In this document: piece after piece, positions 41,152 to 50,461 of the stretch | How positions within the stretch are numbered: the stretch's first letter is position 1 | Layout of the letters: each line of letters begins with the position of its first letter | Assembly (NCBI GenBank): GCA_045577355.1 | Contig: JAZNIG010000060.1 | Coordinates: forward strand, 934 to 64,933 | Reading direction: 5' to 3' | Length of the DNA stretch: 64,000 nucleotides | Source of the DNA: Faecousia sp. | GTDB lineage: Bacteria > Bacillota > Clostridia > Oscillospirales > Oscillospiraceae | The notes under the pieces: model-generated | The model's database searches: none | Told to the model about the DNA's origin: nothing | The model's input: only the letters and a program-made list of their open reading frames with translations | Program-made: the position numbers and the translations under genes

Positions 41152-42328
41152 AATTACCTCCTAATCTGCGGTATTCATCCCAAAAGGCGGGATAAGATTT
41201 TGCTACACAATGGGCATTCAGAATTGTAACAGGTCCACTTGCTACTGTTGCTGCGATGGCTGCCGACATGGCAATGCGGTGATCGTTGAACGAATCCACG
41301 ATGCCGCCGCAAAATTTTCCGGGGTATACGGTCAGCGTTTCGTTCGTTGCTTCCGCATGAATACCCAATGCTTCTAGCATGGAAATAACAGATGCGACCC
41401 GGTCGGATTCTTTTAAACGGAGTCGCTGAATCTGCGTAAATACAGCTCCGTGCTTAGCGGCTGCTACTACGCAAAGAATCGGTACAAGATCAGGGGTATC
41501 TGATGCCGAGAGGATGACTTGGTTTGACATTGTATCCAAAATGGATGCTATGGCCCGGTCACCTTGTGCAGAATTCAGATCCAGGCCCTCAATGTTGATG
41601 TGGCTTCCCAGTGCTTTCGCAGCAAGGAAAAAGGCACCATTGCTCCAATCACCTTCTACGGAATATTTTTTTGGAGATCGCGAGGGGAAGGAACCTGTGA
41701 CAAGATTTTCAGATGTTGCTACACCAAATATGGTTAATGCCTGTCGGGTCATATCAATATAAGGTTTGGATTCCAGCGTTCCGGTTACAGTTAGTCGACA
41801 CTGGCCGGGGATCAGAGCCATGGCAAACAGAAGCCCGGTAATGAATTGGCTGGAAACACCACCATCAATTGTGTATTTGCCTGCTTTTAACTGGCCGGTG
41901 CAGCGGATAGTATCAGAGGTGGGGCGGGTCAGTGTGCATCCCATCCGAATCATCTCTTCCCAGAGGGGTGAAAGGGGGCGCTGTGACAACCTGCCCGCCA
42001 ATTGGAAGGTGGCATCCACACCAAGCGCGCCGACGATCGGCAGCATAAAACGCAGAGTAGAGCCGCTTTCACGGCAATTTAAGACTGCCTTTTGAGGAAA
42101 ATGAGATGCGGGATTGACTACATAGCCATCATTTGTACGGCGAATAGATGTACCCAAAGACCGCAGACAATCGGCTGTAGCTTCAATATCCTGATTTGTT
42201 TGGGGACAGATCAAAACGGTTTCGCTGTCAGAAAAAGCAGCGCAGATCAAAAGCCGGTGGGCCTGCGATTTGGATGGAATGGCCTGGATCGTGCCACAAA
42301 GTCTACCCGGATGAATTGTAATATCCAT
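41132..42328 (-). CDS. aroA: EPSP synthase
   Basis: PSKS..HR, ESGSTLR, SSQF, LRLKESDR, DHRIAM, KSYP. Confidence 0.96.
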   Translation of the reverse strand: MDITIHPGRLCGTIQAIPSKSQAHRLLICAAFSDSETVLICPQTNQDIEATADCLRSLGTSIRRTNDGYVVNPASHFPQKAVLNCRESGSTLRFMLPIVGALGVDATFQLAGRLSQRPLSPLWEEMIRMGCTLTRPTSDTIRCTGQLKAGKYTIDGGVSSQFITGLLFAMALIPGQCRLTVTGTLESKPYIDMTRQALTIFGVATSENLVTGSFPSRSPKKYSVEGDWSNGAFFLAAKALGSHINIEGLDLNSAQGDRAIASILDTMSNQVILSASDTPDLVPILCVVAAAKHGAVFTQIQRLRLKESDRVASVISMLEALGIHAEATNETLTVYPGKFCGGIVDSFNDHRIAMSAAIAATVASGPVTILNAHCVAKSYPAFWDEYRRLGGNYEQYIR

Positions 42329-43380
42329 TATAAACCTGCCTCGATAAAGGATTGTAGTTGGGATACAGGCATAGGCCGGATTATACAGCAGCCGATTGCC
42401 TCGGGGATGATGAGATTTACAAAGCTGCCGGAACGCTTTTTATCGGATAGGGCGGAGGTGTATAGCTGCTCAGAGGAAAAAGAAGCTGCAGTAGGAAGAG
42501 AAAACTTTTCTAAAATGGATAGGATCTGTTTGTATATGTCTGCATCACAAATCCCAAAAATACAGCCAGCTTTTGCTACGATAGCCATGCCAATGGCTAC
42601 AGCCTTCCCATGAGAAATGGTGAAATTGCTCTGAGCCTCAATTCCATGCCCAATTGTATGGCCCAGGTTTAACTTTTGCCGGGCACCGGTGTCAAATTCA
42701 TCTTCCATGACAACGTTACGCTTCAGTTCTACACAGCGTGCAATTACCATTTCCTGGTCGAAATTTAATCCGTACAGTGAAAGATGCGCAAAGAGCGCTG
42801 TGTCATACAATACGCCGTATTTAATCACCTCTGCACAGCCGTCCCGAAAGGTTTCTGTTGGAAGGCTGCTTAGAGTATCAGTATCGCAAAGCACCAGACT
42901 GGGCTGATAAAATGTACCTACCAGGTTTTTGCCTGCAGGCAGATCAATTGCTGTTTTACCGCCCACAGAGGAATCCACCATTGCCAACAGGGTAGTGGGA
43001 ACTTGGATGTAGGAGATACCTCTTAGAAAAGTAGCCGCAGCAAAGCCTGTCACGTCACCAACAACTCCGCCGCCCAGTGCGATAATCACATCGGAGCGAG
43101 TCAGTTTGTGGTTAGCCAGAAAATTTACAATATGCAGATAAGTATTTGCGTTCTTACTTGCTTCGCCAGCAGGGAAACAGTAGTGTACAGTTTCAAAGCC
43201 GGAAGAAAGCAGACTGGTTTCTACGGCAGCACCGTATAGAGGCCAAACGTTGCTATCGCTGATAATGGCAGCCTTGCCCGGTTTCTTTAAGGCAGCCGCA
43301 TGCATACCAAGCTGTGATAGCAGACCTCTGCCAATCAAAACCTGATATTCTTTGGATGCACTGACGATAATGGTCTTCAT
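42328..43380 (-). CDS. aroB: 3-dehydroquinate synthase
   Basis: GGGVVGD, PTTLLAMVDSSVGGKT, LNLGHTIGH. Confidence 0.96.
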   Translation of the reverse strand: MKTIIVSASKEYQVLIGRGLLSQLGMHAAALKKPGKAAIISDSNVWPLYGAAVETSLLSSGFETVHYCFPAGEASKNANTYLHIVNFLANHKLTRSDVIIALGGGVVGDVTGFAAATFLRGISYIQVPTTLLAMVDSSVGGKTAIDLPAGKNLVGTFYQPSLVLCDTDTLSSLPTETFRDGCAEVIKYGVLYDTALFAHLSLYGLNFDQEMVIARCVELKRNVVMEDEFDTGARQKLNLGHTIGHGIEAQSNFTISHGKAVAIGMAIVAKAGCIFGICDADIYKQILSILEKFSLPTAASFSSEQLYTSALSDKKRSGSFVNLIIPEAIGCCIIRPMPVSQLQSFIEAGL

Positions 43381-44207
43381 CCGTCAACCTCCTCCTTACG
43401 TTTGCGGCCCTCATCCAGAAGGGAGATCAGCCACGCTTCGTCCTGACGTTCAATTGCCTCACGATATGCTTCCAGTGCGCAGATATATTGATCCAGCTCC
43501 TGTAGTACATTGTTGCGGTTAGATAAAAACAGTTCTGCCCACATCTGTGGGTTCAGCCAGGCCACACGTGTCAGGTCCTTGTAGCTACCGGCAGAAAAAC
43601 CCTTGTGACTAAGCGCGGTGGGTGATTTAATAAATGCGTTACTGACAATATGGGGCAGCTGGGAGGTGAAAGCAATCATTTTATCATGATCTTCCGCTGT
43701 TGTTACAGAGAAGGATCCAAATCGACAGGGGGCAAGGGCATTTTTTACCTGTTCCAGCAGTTCCGGATCGTCGTATCGGGGCGGAACCAGAACCATGGGT
43801 GCTCCTTGAAATAGATTGGAACGGCTGTATTTGAAACCAGAATGGTGGGAACCAGCCATAGGATGCCCCCCGACAAAGGTAAATCCATATTTTTCTGCAA
43901 CAGGAAAACAGCGATTGCAGACTTCCTTCTTAATTCCGCAGCAGTCAATAACAAGAGCATTAGGGGAAATAAAACTACCGTTTTCTTCTAGCCATGTGGC
44001 AGAGCCACTGGAATAGATGGAAAGTAGGATTAAATCGCAGGAACCAATGGTGCTCCGGTCCAATACTCCATTACAGACACCAGCCAGTTGTGCGAAAGCC
44101 AGCATGTTTTCATCTTTCTCGCAGGCCAGAACAGTGTGTTCGGCTTTGGTGTAGGCGCGTGCTAAGGAACCGCCAATCAGACCAAGGCCTAAAATGCCGA
44201 CGATCAT
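43377..44207 (-). CDS. tyrA: Prephenate dehydrogenase
   Basis: GLGLIGGS, GGHPMAG, HD...A.TSQLPH, DLTRVA. Confidence 0.93.
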   Translation of the reverse strand: MIVGILGLGLIGGSLARAYTKAEHTVLACEKDENMLAFAQLAGVCNGVLDRSTIGSCDLILLSIYSSGSATWLEENGSFISPNALVIDCCGIKKEVCNRCFPVAEKYGFTFVGGHPMAGSHHSGFKYSRSNLFQGAPMVLVPPRYDDPELLEQVKNALAPCRFGSFSVTTAEDHDKMIAFTSQLPHIVSNAFIKSPTALSHKGFSAGSYKDLTRVAWLNPQMWAELFLSNRNNVLQELDQYICALEAYREAIERQDEAWLISLLDEGRKRKEEVDG

Positions 44208-45205
44208 AAAATCGCCTCCCGGACCTTCTGTACACAGACATTCAGTTCAGCGAACTGGGGAGGTGTTAGGGATTGGGCACCGTCACACAGGGCACAGGCA
44301 GGATTATTATGGACTTCTACCATGATGCCGTCAGTACCTGCAGCTGCAGCAGCAACGGCCATGGAGGGGACCAAGGCGGCCTTTCCTGTGGCGTGGCTGG
44401 GGTCAACAACCACAGGCAGATGGGTCAATTCGTGAAGAACAGGTACTGCGGATAGATCCAGCGTATTGCGGGTATAGGTTTCGTATGTACGGATACCACG
44501 CTCACACAAAATAATATTTTCATTACCTTCACTCATGATGTATTCCGCACTCATCAGCAGTTCCTGCAGAGTATTGGCAAGGCCACGTTTCAGAAGAATT
44601 GGTTTGTTAGTTTTACCGAGTTCCTGCAGAAGGTCAAAGTTCTGCATATTTCGGGCACCTACCTGAATGATGTCTACATCATTAAACAGATCCAAAGTGC
44701 GTATGTTCATAATTTCTGTAATGATTGGCAAACCAGTGACCTTCTTGGCCTCCAGCAGCAACCGGATGCCTTCATTCTTCATACCTTGGAAAGCATAAGG
44801 AGAGGTGCGGGGTTTAAATGCACCGCCACGAAGAATATTTGCACCTGCGGCCTTCACCGCCTCAGCAACTTCAATAATCTGTGCCTCGCTTTCCACGGAA
44901 CAGGGACCGGCAATCATGGCAAAATTACCACCGCCGATTTTGGTATTGCCTACAGTAATGACCGTGTCATTGGGATGAAACTTCCGATTGACCTGCTTAA
45001 AAGGTTCGGAGACCCGCTTTACAGTTTCTACAATCTCCAGGCTGCTAAGCAGTTCAATATCCACGCGACTGGTATCTCCAACAAGACCCAGAATGGTAAC
45101 TTCTTTTCCTTCGGAAACATGTACATCCAGATTCATGTGCTTTAACCAGTTTACCAGATGGGCCGTTTGTTCCAGAGTAGTACCGCTTTTTAATACAGCA
45201 ATCAT
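44204..45205 (-). CDS. aroF: DAHP synthase type I-beta with N-terminal regulatory domain
   Basis: AGPCSVES, GGAFKPRTSPY, GARNMQNF, CERGIRT, DPSH. Confidence 0.95.
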   Translation of the reverse strand: MIAVLKSGTTLEQTAHLVNWLKHMNLDVHVSEGKEVTILGLVGDTSRVDIELLSSLEIVETVKRVSEPFKQVNRKFHPNDTVITVGNTKIGGGNFAMIAGPCSVESEAQIIEVAEAVKAAGANILRGGAFKPRTSPYAFQGMKNEGIRLLLEAKKVTGLPIITEIMNIRTLDLFNDVDIIQVGARNMQNFDLLQELGKTNKPILLKRGLANTLQELLMSAEYIMSEGNENIILCERGIRTYETYTRNTLDLSAVPVLHELTHLPVVVDPSHATGKAALVPSMAVAAAAAGTDGIMVEVHNNPACALCDGAQSLTPPQFAELNVCVQKVREAIL

Positions 45206-45218
45206 AACAACATCTCCT

Positions 45219-45257
45219 AAAACAATAGCGCCGCACAGATGCGATCCTGTGCGGCGC
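45219..45257 (-). terminator. Attenuator terminator of aro operon leader
   Basis: GCGCCGCACAG/CTGTGCGGCGC 11-bp stem followed by TATTGTTTT on minus strand, just before aroF RBS. Confidence 0.8.
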
Positions 45258-45302
45258 GTTAATTACACGGTTAGCTTAAAATCATTGCAGCACAAATCGC
45301 TA

Positions 45303-45371
45303 TTACTTTTTGCTCATGAAAAAGTAATAGTAGCTGAAGTAAAACTGTGCAACAAAGTTAGCCATGATCAT
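45303..45371 (-). CDS. Phe/Tyr-rich leader peptide MIMANFVAQFYFSYYYFFMSKK
   Basis: AGGAG 6 nt upstream; 5 Phe + 4 Tyr in 22 codons; lies between promoter and terminator. Confidence 0.85.
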   Translation of the reverse strand: MIMANFVAQFYFSYYYFFMSKK

Positions 45372-45401
45372 AATGGACTCCTAAATTAAAAGCTTATATA
45401 C

Positions 45402-45430
45402 ACTATAGCACCATATTACAATTTTTGCAA
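45402..45430 (-). promoter_or_regulatory. SigA promoter of aro operon
   Basis: Minus strand TTGCAA-N17 with TGnTATAGT. Confidence 0.75.
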
Positions 45431-45476
45431 GAGGTTTTTTACTTTTTTAAATGATACCTTAAGACATGGGAAACGA

Positions 45477-45506
45477 AACAGGCAGCCGTTTCATTGGCTG
45501 CCTGTT
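45477..45506 (-). terminator. Terminator of kinase gene
   Basis: AACAGGCAGCC/GGCTGCCTGTT stem; TCGTTT follows on minus strand. Confidence 0.65.
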
Positions 45507-45517
45507 GAGGAGATATA

Positions 45518-48500
45518 TTATGCAATGACTGTAAAATCCTGTTCTGCTGCCAGAGCGCCGTTAAAGTACACACTGATGGTGTAGCTTCCGGCTGCGCTGG
45601 GCAGGCTGGGGATGTCTAACTCGCAGTAGTATTTGTTCCACATATCACTCCAGCGATAGGTTTGCAAACTGCTGCTTACCGGATTGCCATCAGCGTCTCG
45701 AATGATGTACAAAATATCAATATCGGTTTCGGATGTTCCGTAGGATGTATTGAGTTTAACCAGGAAGGATGCCTTTTGACCAACGGTAAAGGTGGTCGTA
45801 TAATCAGTGTCCTTCAGATCCTTGTAGGTCCAATCTTTTTTGGCAGGGGTTTTGCACATACTAAATATGAGGTCTTCTCTGCTAACATTTAAGCCGCCAA
45901 AGGTCCCACTGAAGTTCGGGGGGACTGGCACTACACACAACAGAGGTTCACTCAAAAAGGGAACGCCGTCAGGAGATTGTAATGTAAAGATATAGGTACT
46001 ACCGGGGAGAACAGGAGAGAGCTTGGCGGAATTTTCTTTGCAGATTACGGACCATACGCCGGGGGTGCCTTCAATGGCATACTGGAGAATCCAACCTTCC
46101 TTCGGGACATCTTGACTGGTGTTCCAGCTTAGCATAAGGGTCTGATAGTCGGATGTGCCTGCTTTAAAGTCCGTGGCAGTAACGGAATTGGCTGGTACGT
46201 AGACCCGCTGACTGACACTCATGCCGCCAGCGGTTACTTCAATGGTAAAGCTGTCTCTGTGGTCAAGATTTTCAAAAACTGCAGAAGTTTCTGTGGTAAT
46301 GATTGTCTCGTTGTAACCATTGCTGTTATAGCATCGAATTGTCCAGTTCTCCACGACCGTATCATCCGGTGCGGACCAGTTCACGGTCAGTTTCCGGTCC
46401 ATACAACCAATGACTCTTAAATTCTGAGCATAGACTAGCTTGCTGGCGGTATAAGTGATTTGTTCCGTGCCGGTAAGGTACAGTTCTGTGTCCGGAACCA
46501 GCGTAAAGGTGTATTCTTTACCCATGGTAAGGCCGCCCAATGTGACTGTGTGAGAGGGGAAGGTGGCAGAGCGCTCTTCCTCACCTTCCGCAGTATAAAC
46601 TACTTTCCATTGATTGGCGTCCTGGCCGTCTACAGTAAAGCTTAGAATTACACTGCCATCCTCAGAGCCGGTTATGGCGCTGAACTGGACGATTGTAGTT
46701 TGAACAGGTGTAGAATAGGCGGTGGAAGTCTGGCCGATTAGCTTGTGGAAGCCCTCAATCTGAACGTAAACATTGTATCCAGTATTAGGTATCAAATTTT
46801 CAAATACTGCCTTTCCGTCAGATACCGGGGCAACAATTTGTGTGCCGTAGGCGTTAGAGCAGACAACGGACAGCTTACCTTCATTGATCGTGCTGGATAC
46901 ATAAACGGTAAGACCATCCTCATGGCCTTCAACTGTCACAGATTCAATAGACTGCAGATAGAAATTGGTATAATAATAGAAACCACCAGCCAGCAGGGCA
47001 AGAATGAAGAGCATAGCCAAGCTAATGGTAAGCCAAAGTCTGGAGGATTTCTTTTTGGCAGGCTTAGTGTCTTGGGTATTACATGCGCTTTCGGTGTTTG
47101 AAATATCAGTTTCTTCAACTTCATTCGGGGCATCGGGAGTGTTTGTCTCCAATGTAGTTTCTGTTTTTTCAGGGACTGTTTCCGCAGAGTCATTGGATGT
47201 TATGAGAAGGGGCTCCGGAATGGGAATTTCCACAGGATCAGGTGCTACCACCGGATCGGGTACAGGGTGAGAAACCAGTTCATCTGCCTGGGATAAAATC
47301 TGAGAGACTTCATCGGAAACCTCATCGTATGGGATATGAGCGTCGTCCTGACCGGGGGCAGTTTCATCATTGACAAGCTCGGATAGGAAAGTCAGGTTTC
47401 CGTCATTATCCTCTTTATAGATGAGTTCCTCGCTGGTGGGCACATCATCAGTCTGGTTTTCTCCATCAAGGGTAACGGGCTCTGTGTTTTTGACTGCTTC
47501 TTCCGGTGAAGCAGCTTCTGTAGGTATTTCCACAGAGGAAGCTTCCAAGTCGGAAGAAACAATATCTTCCGGATTTGGCTCAGTGTCGATCTCTGTTTCC
47601 GGTTCCACTGTGACAGGCGGGGGAACAATGGGCATGTCATTGGCGCCATTTCGCTGCATATAACTGACTAACGCCTGCCCCATCTGGATGGGATCCTGCC
47701 AGCGGTCCTTAGGATCGGGCGCGCAGGCCTTCAGTATGATTTCTGCCATTTCATAATCTGCGTACATGGGCGGATTAAGTCCCTCTGCAGGTGCAGATTC
47801 ACCAATGAAGGGCAGTGCGCCGTTGTTGTAAGCCTGATACAGGATTAGACCCGCCGCATAGACATCCATGGTTGGATTTAGCGATGAAAATGCATCAGAA
47901 ATCTCCGGTGCTGTATATGCACTGCGGTACTTCTCCGGCAATGAGGCATATTTCAGAGAATCCAGTCTGACAAAGCCAATGTCACCGATCCGATATTCCT
48001 GCTCTTCAGTCACGAATACATTGCTGGGCTTCAAATCAACATAGAGATAACCTGAGCGCCGACATACAGCCAACGCTGCACAAAGGTCCAGACCCAAATT
48101 GATCGCACCCAGATGCGTCATGGGATTTCGGCTGAAGTGACGGTCAAGGGCCCGCTTATAGGTGCTCAGCAGGTAAACCTCATATCCGGTTTCGTTTTCC
48201 ATAGGGACAATTTGAAGATTCTCGTAAGGAAGAAAGCCTTCCAATTGGGAAAGATGCGAGAGAATTTGGACTTCCTCATTGACTCCGTCAGCAAGCTCCT
48301 TGAAATATGTGAGTGCAGATGCTTCATCTGGATATGCTCCGGTTAGCAGCAGTGCGTCCAGCTGAGTCTGCGAAGCTGGGATCGAAATGATTTTTACTAT
48401 GTATTTGTCCTCTGAATCTTTTTTCATGGCAGGACAGCAGCGAACACCATGATGGTCACTGATAGGGTCACCCATAGCAAAATGATCGAGCATTGGCGAA

Positions 48501-48520
48501 ATCAGTTTTGGTTCTGTCAT
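45518..48520 (-). CDS. Atypical membrane-anchored Hanks-type Ser/Thr kinase-like protein with extracellular FN3-like repeats
   Basis: IVK, YVDLKPSN, DIG, YTAPE, DVYAAG; acidic linker; one TM; beta-rich repeats (LTVNWSAP, LMLSWN); RBS AAGGAGG. Confidence 0.8.
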   Translation of the reverse strand: MTEPKLISPMLDHFAMGDPISDHHGVRCCPAMKKDSEDKYIVKIISIPASQTQLDALLLTGAYPDEASALTYFKELADGVNEEVQILSHLSQLEGFLPYENLQIVPMENETGYEVYLLSTYKRALDRHFSRNPMTHLGAINLGLDLCAALAVCRRSGYLYVDLKPSNVFVTEEQEYRIGDIGFVRLDSLKYASLPEKYRSAYTAPEISDAFSSLNPTMDVYAAGLILYQAYNNGALPFIGESAPAEGLNPPMYADYEMAEIILKACAPDPKDRWQDPIQMGQALVSYMQRNGANDMPIVPPPVTVEPETEIDTEPNPEDIVSSDLEASSVEIPTEAASPEEAVKNTEPVTLDGENQTDDVPTSEELIYKEDNDGNLTFLSELVNDETAPGQDDAHIPYDEVSDEVSQILSQADELVSHPVPDPVVAPDPVEIPIPEPLLITSNDSAETVPEKTETTLETNTPDAPNEVEETDISNTESACNTQDTKPAKKKSSRLWLTISLAMLFILALLAGGFYYYTNFYLQSIESVTVEGHEDGLTVYVSSTINEGKLSVVCSNAYGTQIVAPVSDGKAVFENLIPNTGYNVYVQIEGFHKLIGQTSTAYSTPVQTTIVQFSAITGSEDGSVILSFTVDGQDANQWKVVYTAEGEEERSATFPSHTVTLGGLTMGKEYTFTLVPDTELYLTGTEQITYTASKLVYAQNLRVIGCMDRKLTVNWSAPDDTVVENWTIRCYNSNGYNETIITTETSAVFENLDHRDSFTIEVTAGGMSVSQRVYVPANSVTATDFKAGTSDYQTLMLSWNTSQDVPKEGWILQYAIEGTPGVWSVICKENSAKLSPVLPGSTYIFTLQSPDGVPFLSEPLLCVVPVPPNFSGTFGGLNVSREDLIFSMCKTPAKKDWTYKDLKDTDYTTTFTVGQKASFLVKLNTSYGTSETDIDILYIIRDADGNPVSSSLQTYRWSDMWNKYYCELDIPSLPSAAGSYTISVYFNGALAAEQDFTVIA

Positions 48521-48669
48521 GCAAATCGCCTCCTTTTTACATACACTGTATATCATAAATTAAAATTTAAAAAAAAGCAACAGGTTTATGGTTGTTTTAT
48601 TCATCAGGAAATGCTATAATTATCTAGAAAATGCGGCGCAGTCCCTATGCGCCGGACAGGAGGTTCCAT

Positions 48670-49938
48670 ATGAGTAAAATTATTTGTGACGTTTGTGGCA
48701 CATCTTATCCGGAAACAGCAGCGCAATGCCCGATCTGCGGCTGTGTGCGTCCCGGAGAGACCCGGAGCGTTATGGGTGATAAAGGTGAAGGGAATGGCGG
48801 TTATACCTATGTAAAGGGTGGTCGTTTTTCTAAATCCAACGTTCGCAAACGAAATCGGTCCGTTGGCTATGAGACGATTCCTGCACAAGCCCCTATGAAT
48901 GATGATTCAGAAAAAAAGGAAAATAAGGGTTTAATTATTACTGCCATTGTTTTGCTGCTGGCGATTATCGCCGTGGTAATCTATATTGCTGTTCAATTCT
49001 TCCTGCCCGGCAGCAGCGGGAATGATGATACTACTGCCGGAACTGATCCTAAGCAGCCCAGCACAACAGAATCTACAGTCCTTACAGTACCCTGTGAGAA
49101 GCTAAGTCTGGATGTTACTATGATTACTTTCGATAAGCAGGATGTAGCCCGGATGATTTACGCTACTGCTGAGCCTTCCAATACCACAGACGAAATAGTG
49201 TTTAAATCCAGTGATGAAACGGTTGTTACTGTCAATGAAAAAGGAAAAGTGATCCCTGTTGGTCCCGGTCGGGCAATAATCACAGTGATTTGCGGCGATG
49301 TAAAGACAGAATGTGCTGTTGAATGTAATTTTGAACTTCCTACGGAGAGTACCCCGCCTACAGATCCCACTGAGGGAGAAACAGAACCGAAAGAGGAATT
49401 CCGTTTAAATCGCTCTGACATTACCTTTGCGAATAAGGGTGATAGCTGGATGCTGTATAGCGGCAGTCTTGGATTGACGCAAATCACCTGGACCTCTGAT
49501 GATGAATCCATTGCTACTATTAAAAACGGCAAGGTAGTGGCCGTGGGCGGTGGTACTACAACCGTTCATGCTGAATATGACGGTCAGACAGTCAGCTGTA
49601 TTATTCGCTGTGCCTTCTCTGATAGCACAACGCCAACTACTGGTGGCAGCAACGGCAATGTGACGGAGGACGGCGGTACAGGAACTAGCAGTATGTACCA
49701 TTTAAAAAACACGGTTGGCGGAGGAACTGATGAAGTTTCCATCCCAGTAAATTATAGCTTCTCTATGCAGCTTGTAGACGCGAATGGAAATGTTATGAAT
49801 GATGCAATATGGACGGTCGGGAATCCTTCAGTTTGCAGCGTTTTGAACGGCAAAGTCACCGGCGTTGGAGCCGGTAATACAACGGTGACAGTATCTTTTA
49901 ACGGAGAAACCCATTCCTTTATTGTTCGTGTCAATTAA
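48670..49938 (+). CDS. Zinc-ribbon + TM + Ig-like (Big_2) repeat surface protein
   Basis: CDVC...CPIC; TM; three (F/W).S.D..V..V..GKV..VG.G...I/V repeats; RBS AGGAGG. Confidence 0.85.
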   Translation: MSKIICDVCGTSYPETAAQCPICGCVRPGETRSVMGDKGEGNGGYTYVKGGRFSKSNVRKRNRSVGYETIPAQAPMNDDSEKKENKGLIITAIVLLLAIIAVVIYIAVQFFLPGSSGNDDTTAGTDPKQPSTTESTVLTVPCEKLSLDVTMITFDKQDVARMIYATAEPSNTTDEIVFKSSDETVVTVNEKGKVIPVGPGRAIITVICGDVKTECAVECNFELPTESTPPTDPTEGETEPKEEFRLNRSDITFANKGDSWMLYSGSLGLTQITWTSDDESIATIKNGKVVAVGGGTTTVHAEYDGQTVSCIIRCAFSDSTTPTTGGSNGNVTEDGGTGTSSMYHLKNTVGGGTDEVSIPVNYSFSMQLVDANGNVMNDAIWTVGNPSVCSVLNGKVTGVGAGNTTVTVSFNGETHSFIVRVN

Positions 49939-49943
49939 GTAAA

Positions 49944-49988
49944 AGCAAAAGCGGCGGCATCCTATTCGGGTGCTGCCGCTATTTTGCT
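49944..49988. terminator. Bidirectional terminator
   Basis: AGCGGCGGCATCC/GGGTGCTGCCGCT with A and T flanks. Confidence 0.65.
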
Positions 49989-50197
49989 TATTCGTCATCA
50001 ACGATACCGATGCGTCTCCTGCGAAACAGCAGACTGATGCACCAAAGACCGGCAAGGCCGATGATTGCATAGATAATGCGGCTGAATACAGCATCCTGAC
50101 CGCCGAAGATCCAAGCTACCAGGTCAAATTGAAAAATGCCGACCAGTCCCCAGTTGAGTGAGCCGATAATAGAAAGGATCAATGCCAAAGTGTCCAT
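49988..50197 (-). CDS. DUF378 (YuzA-like) small membrane protein
   Basis: IIGSLNWGLVGIFQFDLVAWIFG...SRIIY.IIGLAG; RBS GGAGG. Confidence 0.9.
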   Translation of the reverse strand: MDTLALILSIIGSLNWGLVGIFQFDLVAWIFGGQDAVFSRIIYAIIGLAGLWCISLLFRRRRIGIVDDE

Positions 50198-50287
50198 ATT
50201 TCCACCTCCATATAATCTGGCTGCATGCATGGAAGCAGTTTTCAAGAATTGATACCTGCGTCCGCTGCGGCCTTTGCTGGATGTAAC

Positions 50288-50316
50288 TATCATGCCCATA
50301 GATCAACAATTTATGC
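50288..50316 (-). promoter_or_regulatory. SigG/SigF-type promoter of DUF378 gene
   Basis: Minus strand GCATA-N17-CATGATA. Confidence 0.65.
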
Positions 50317-50461
50317 AAATTATTGAGAACGTTTTAAGTACTGTCATTAGTTTATCGTTGCAAAACCAGGCATAGTTCGCTATAATAAACAATGGATATA
50401 CAGCTGGTTTCTTAACAATCCAGCTATACGACACAGAGAATTACCGGAAGGAAGTAAAATA

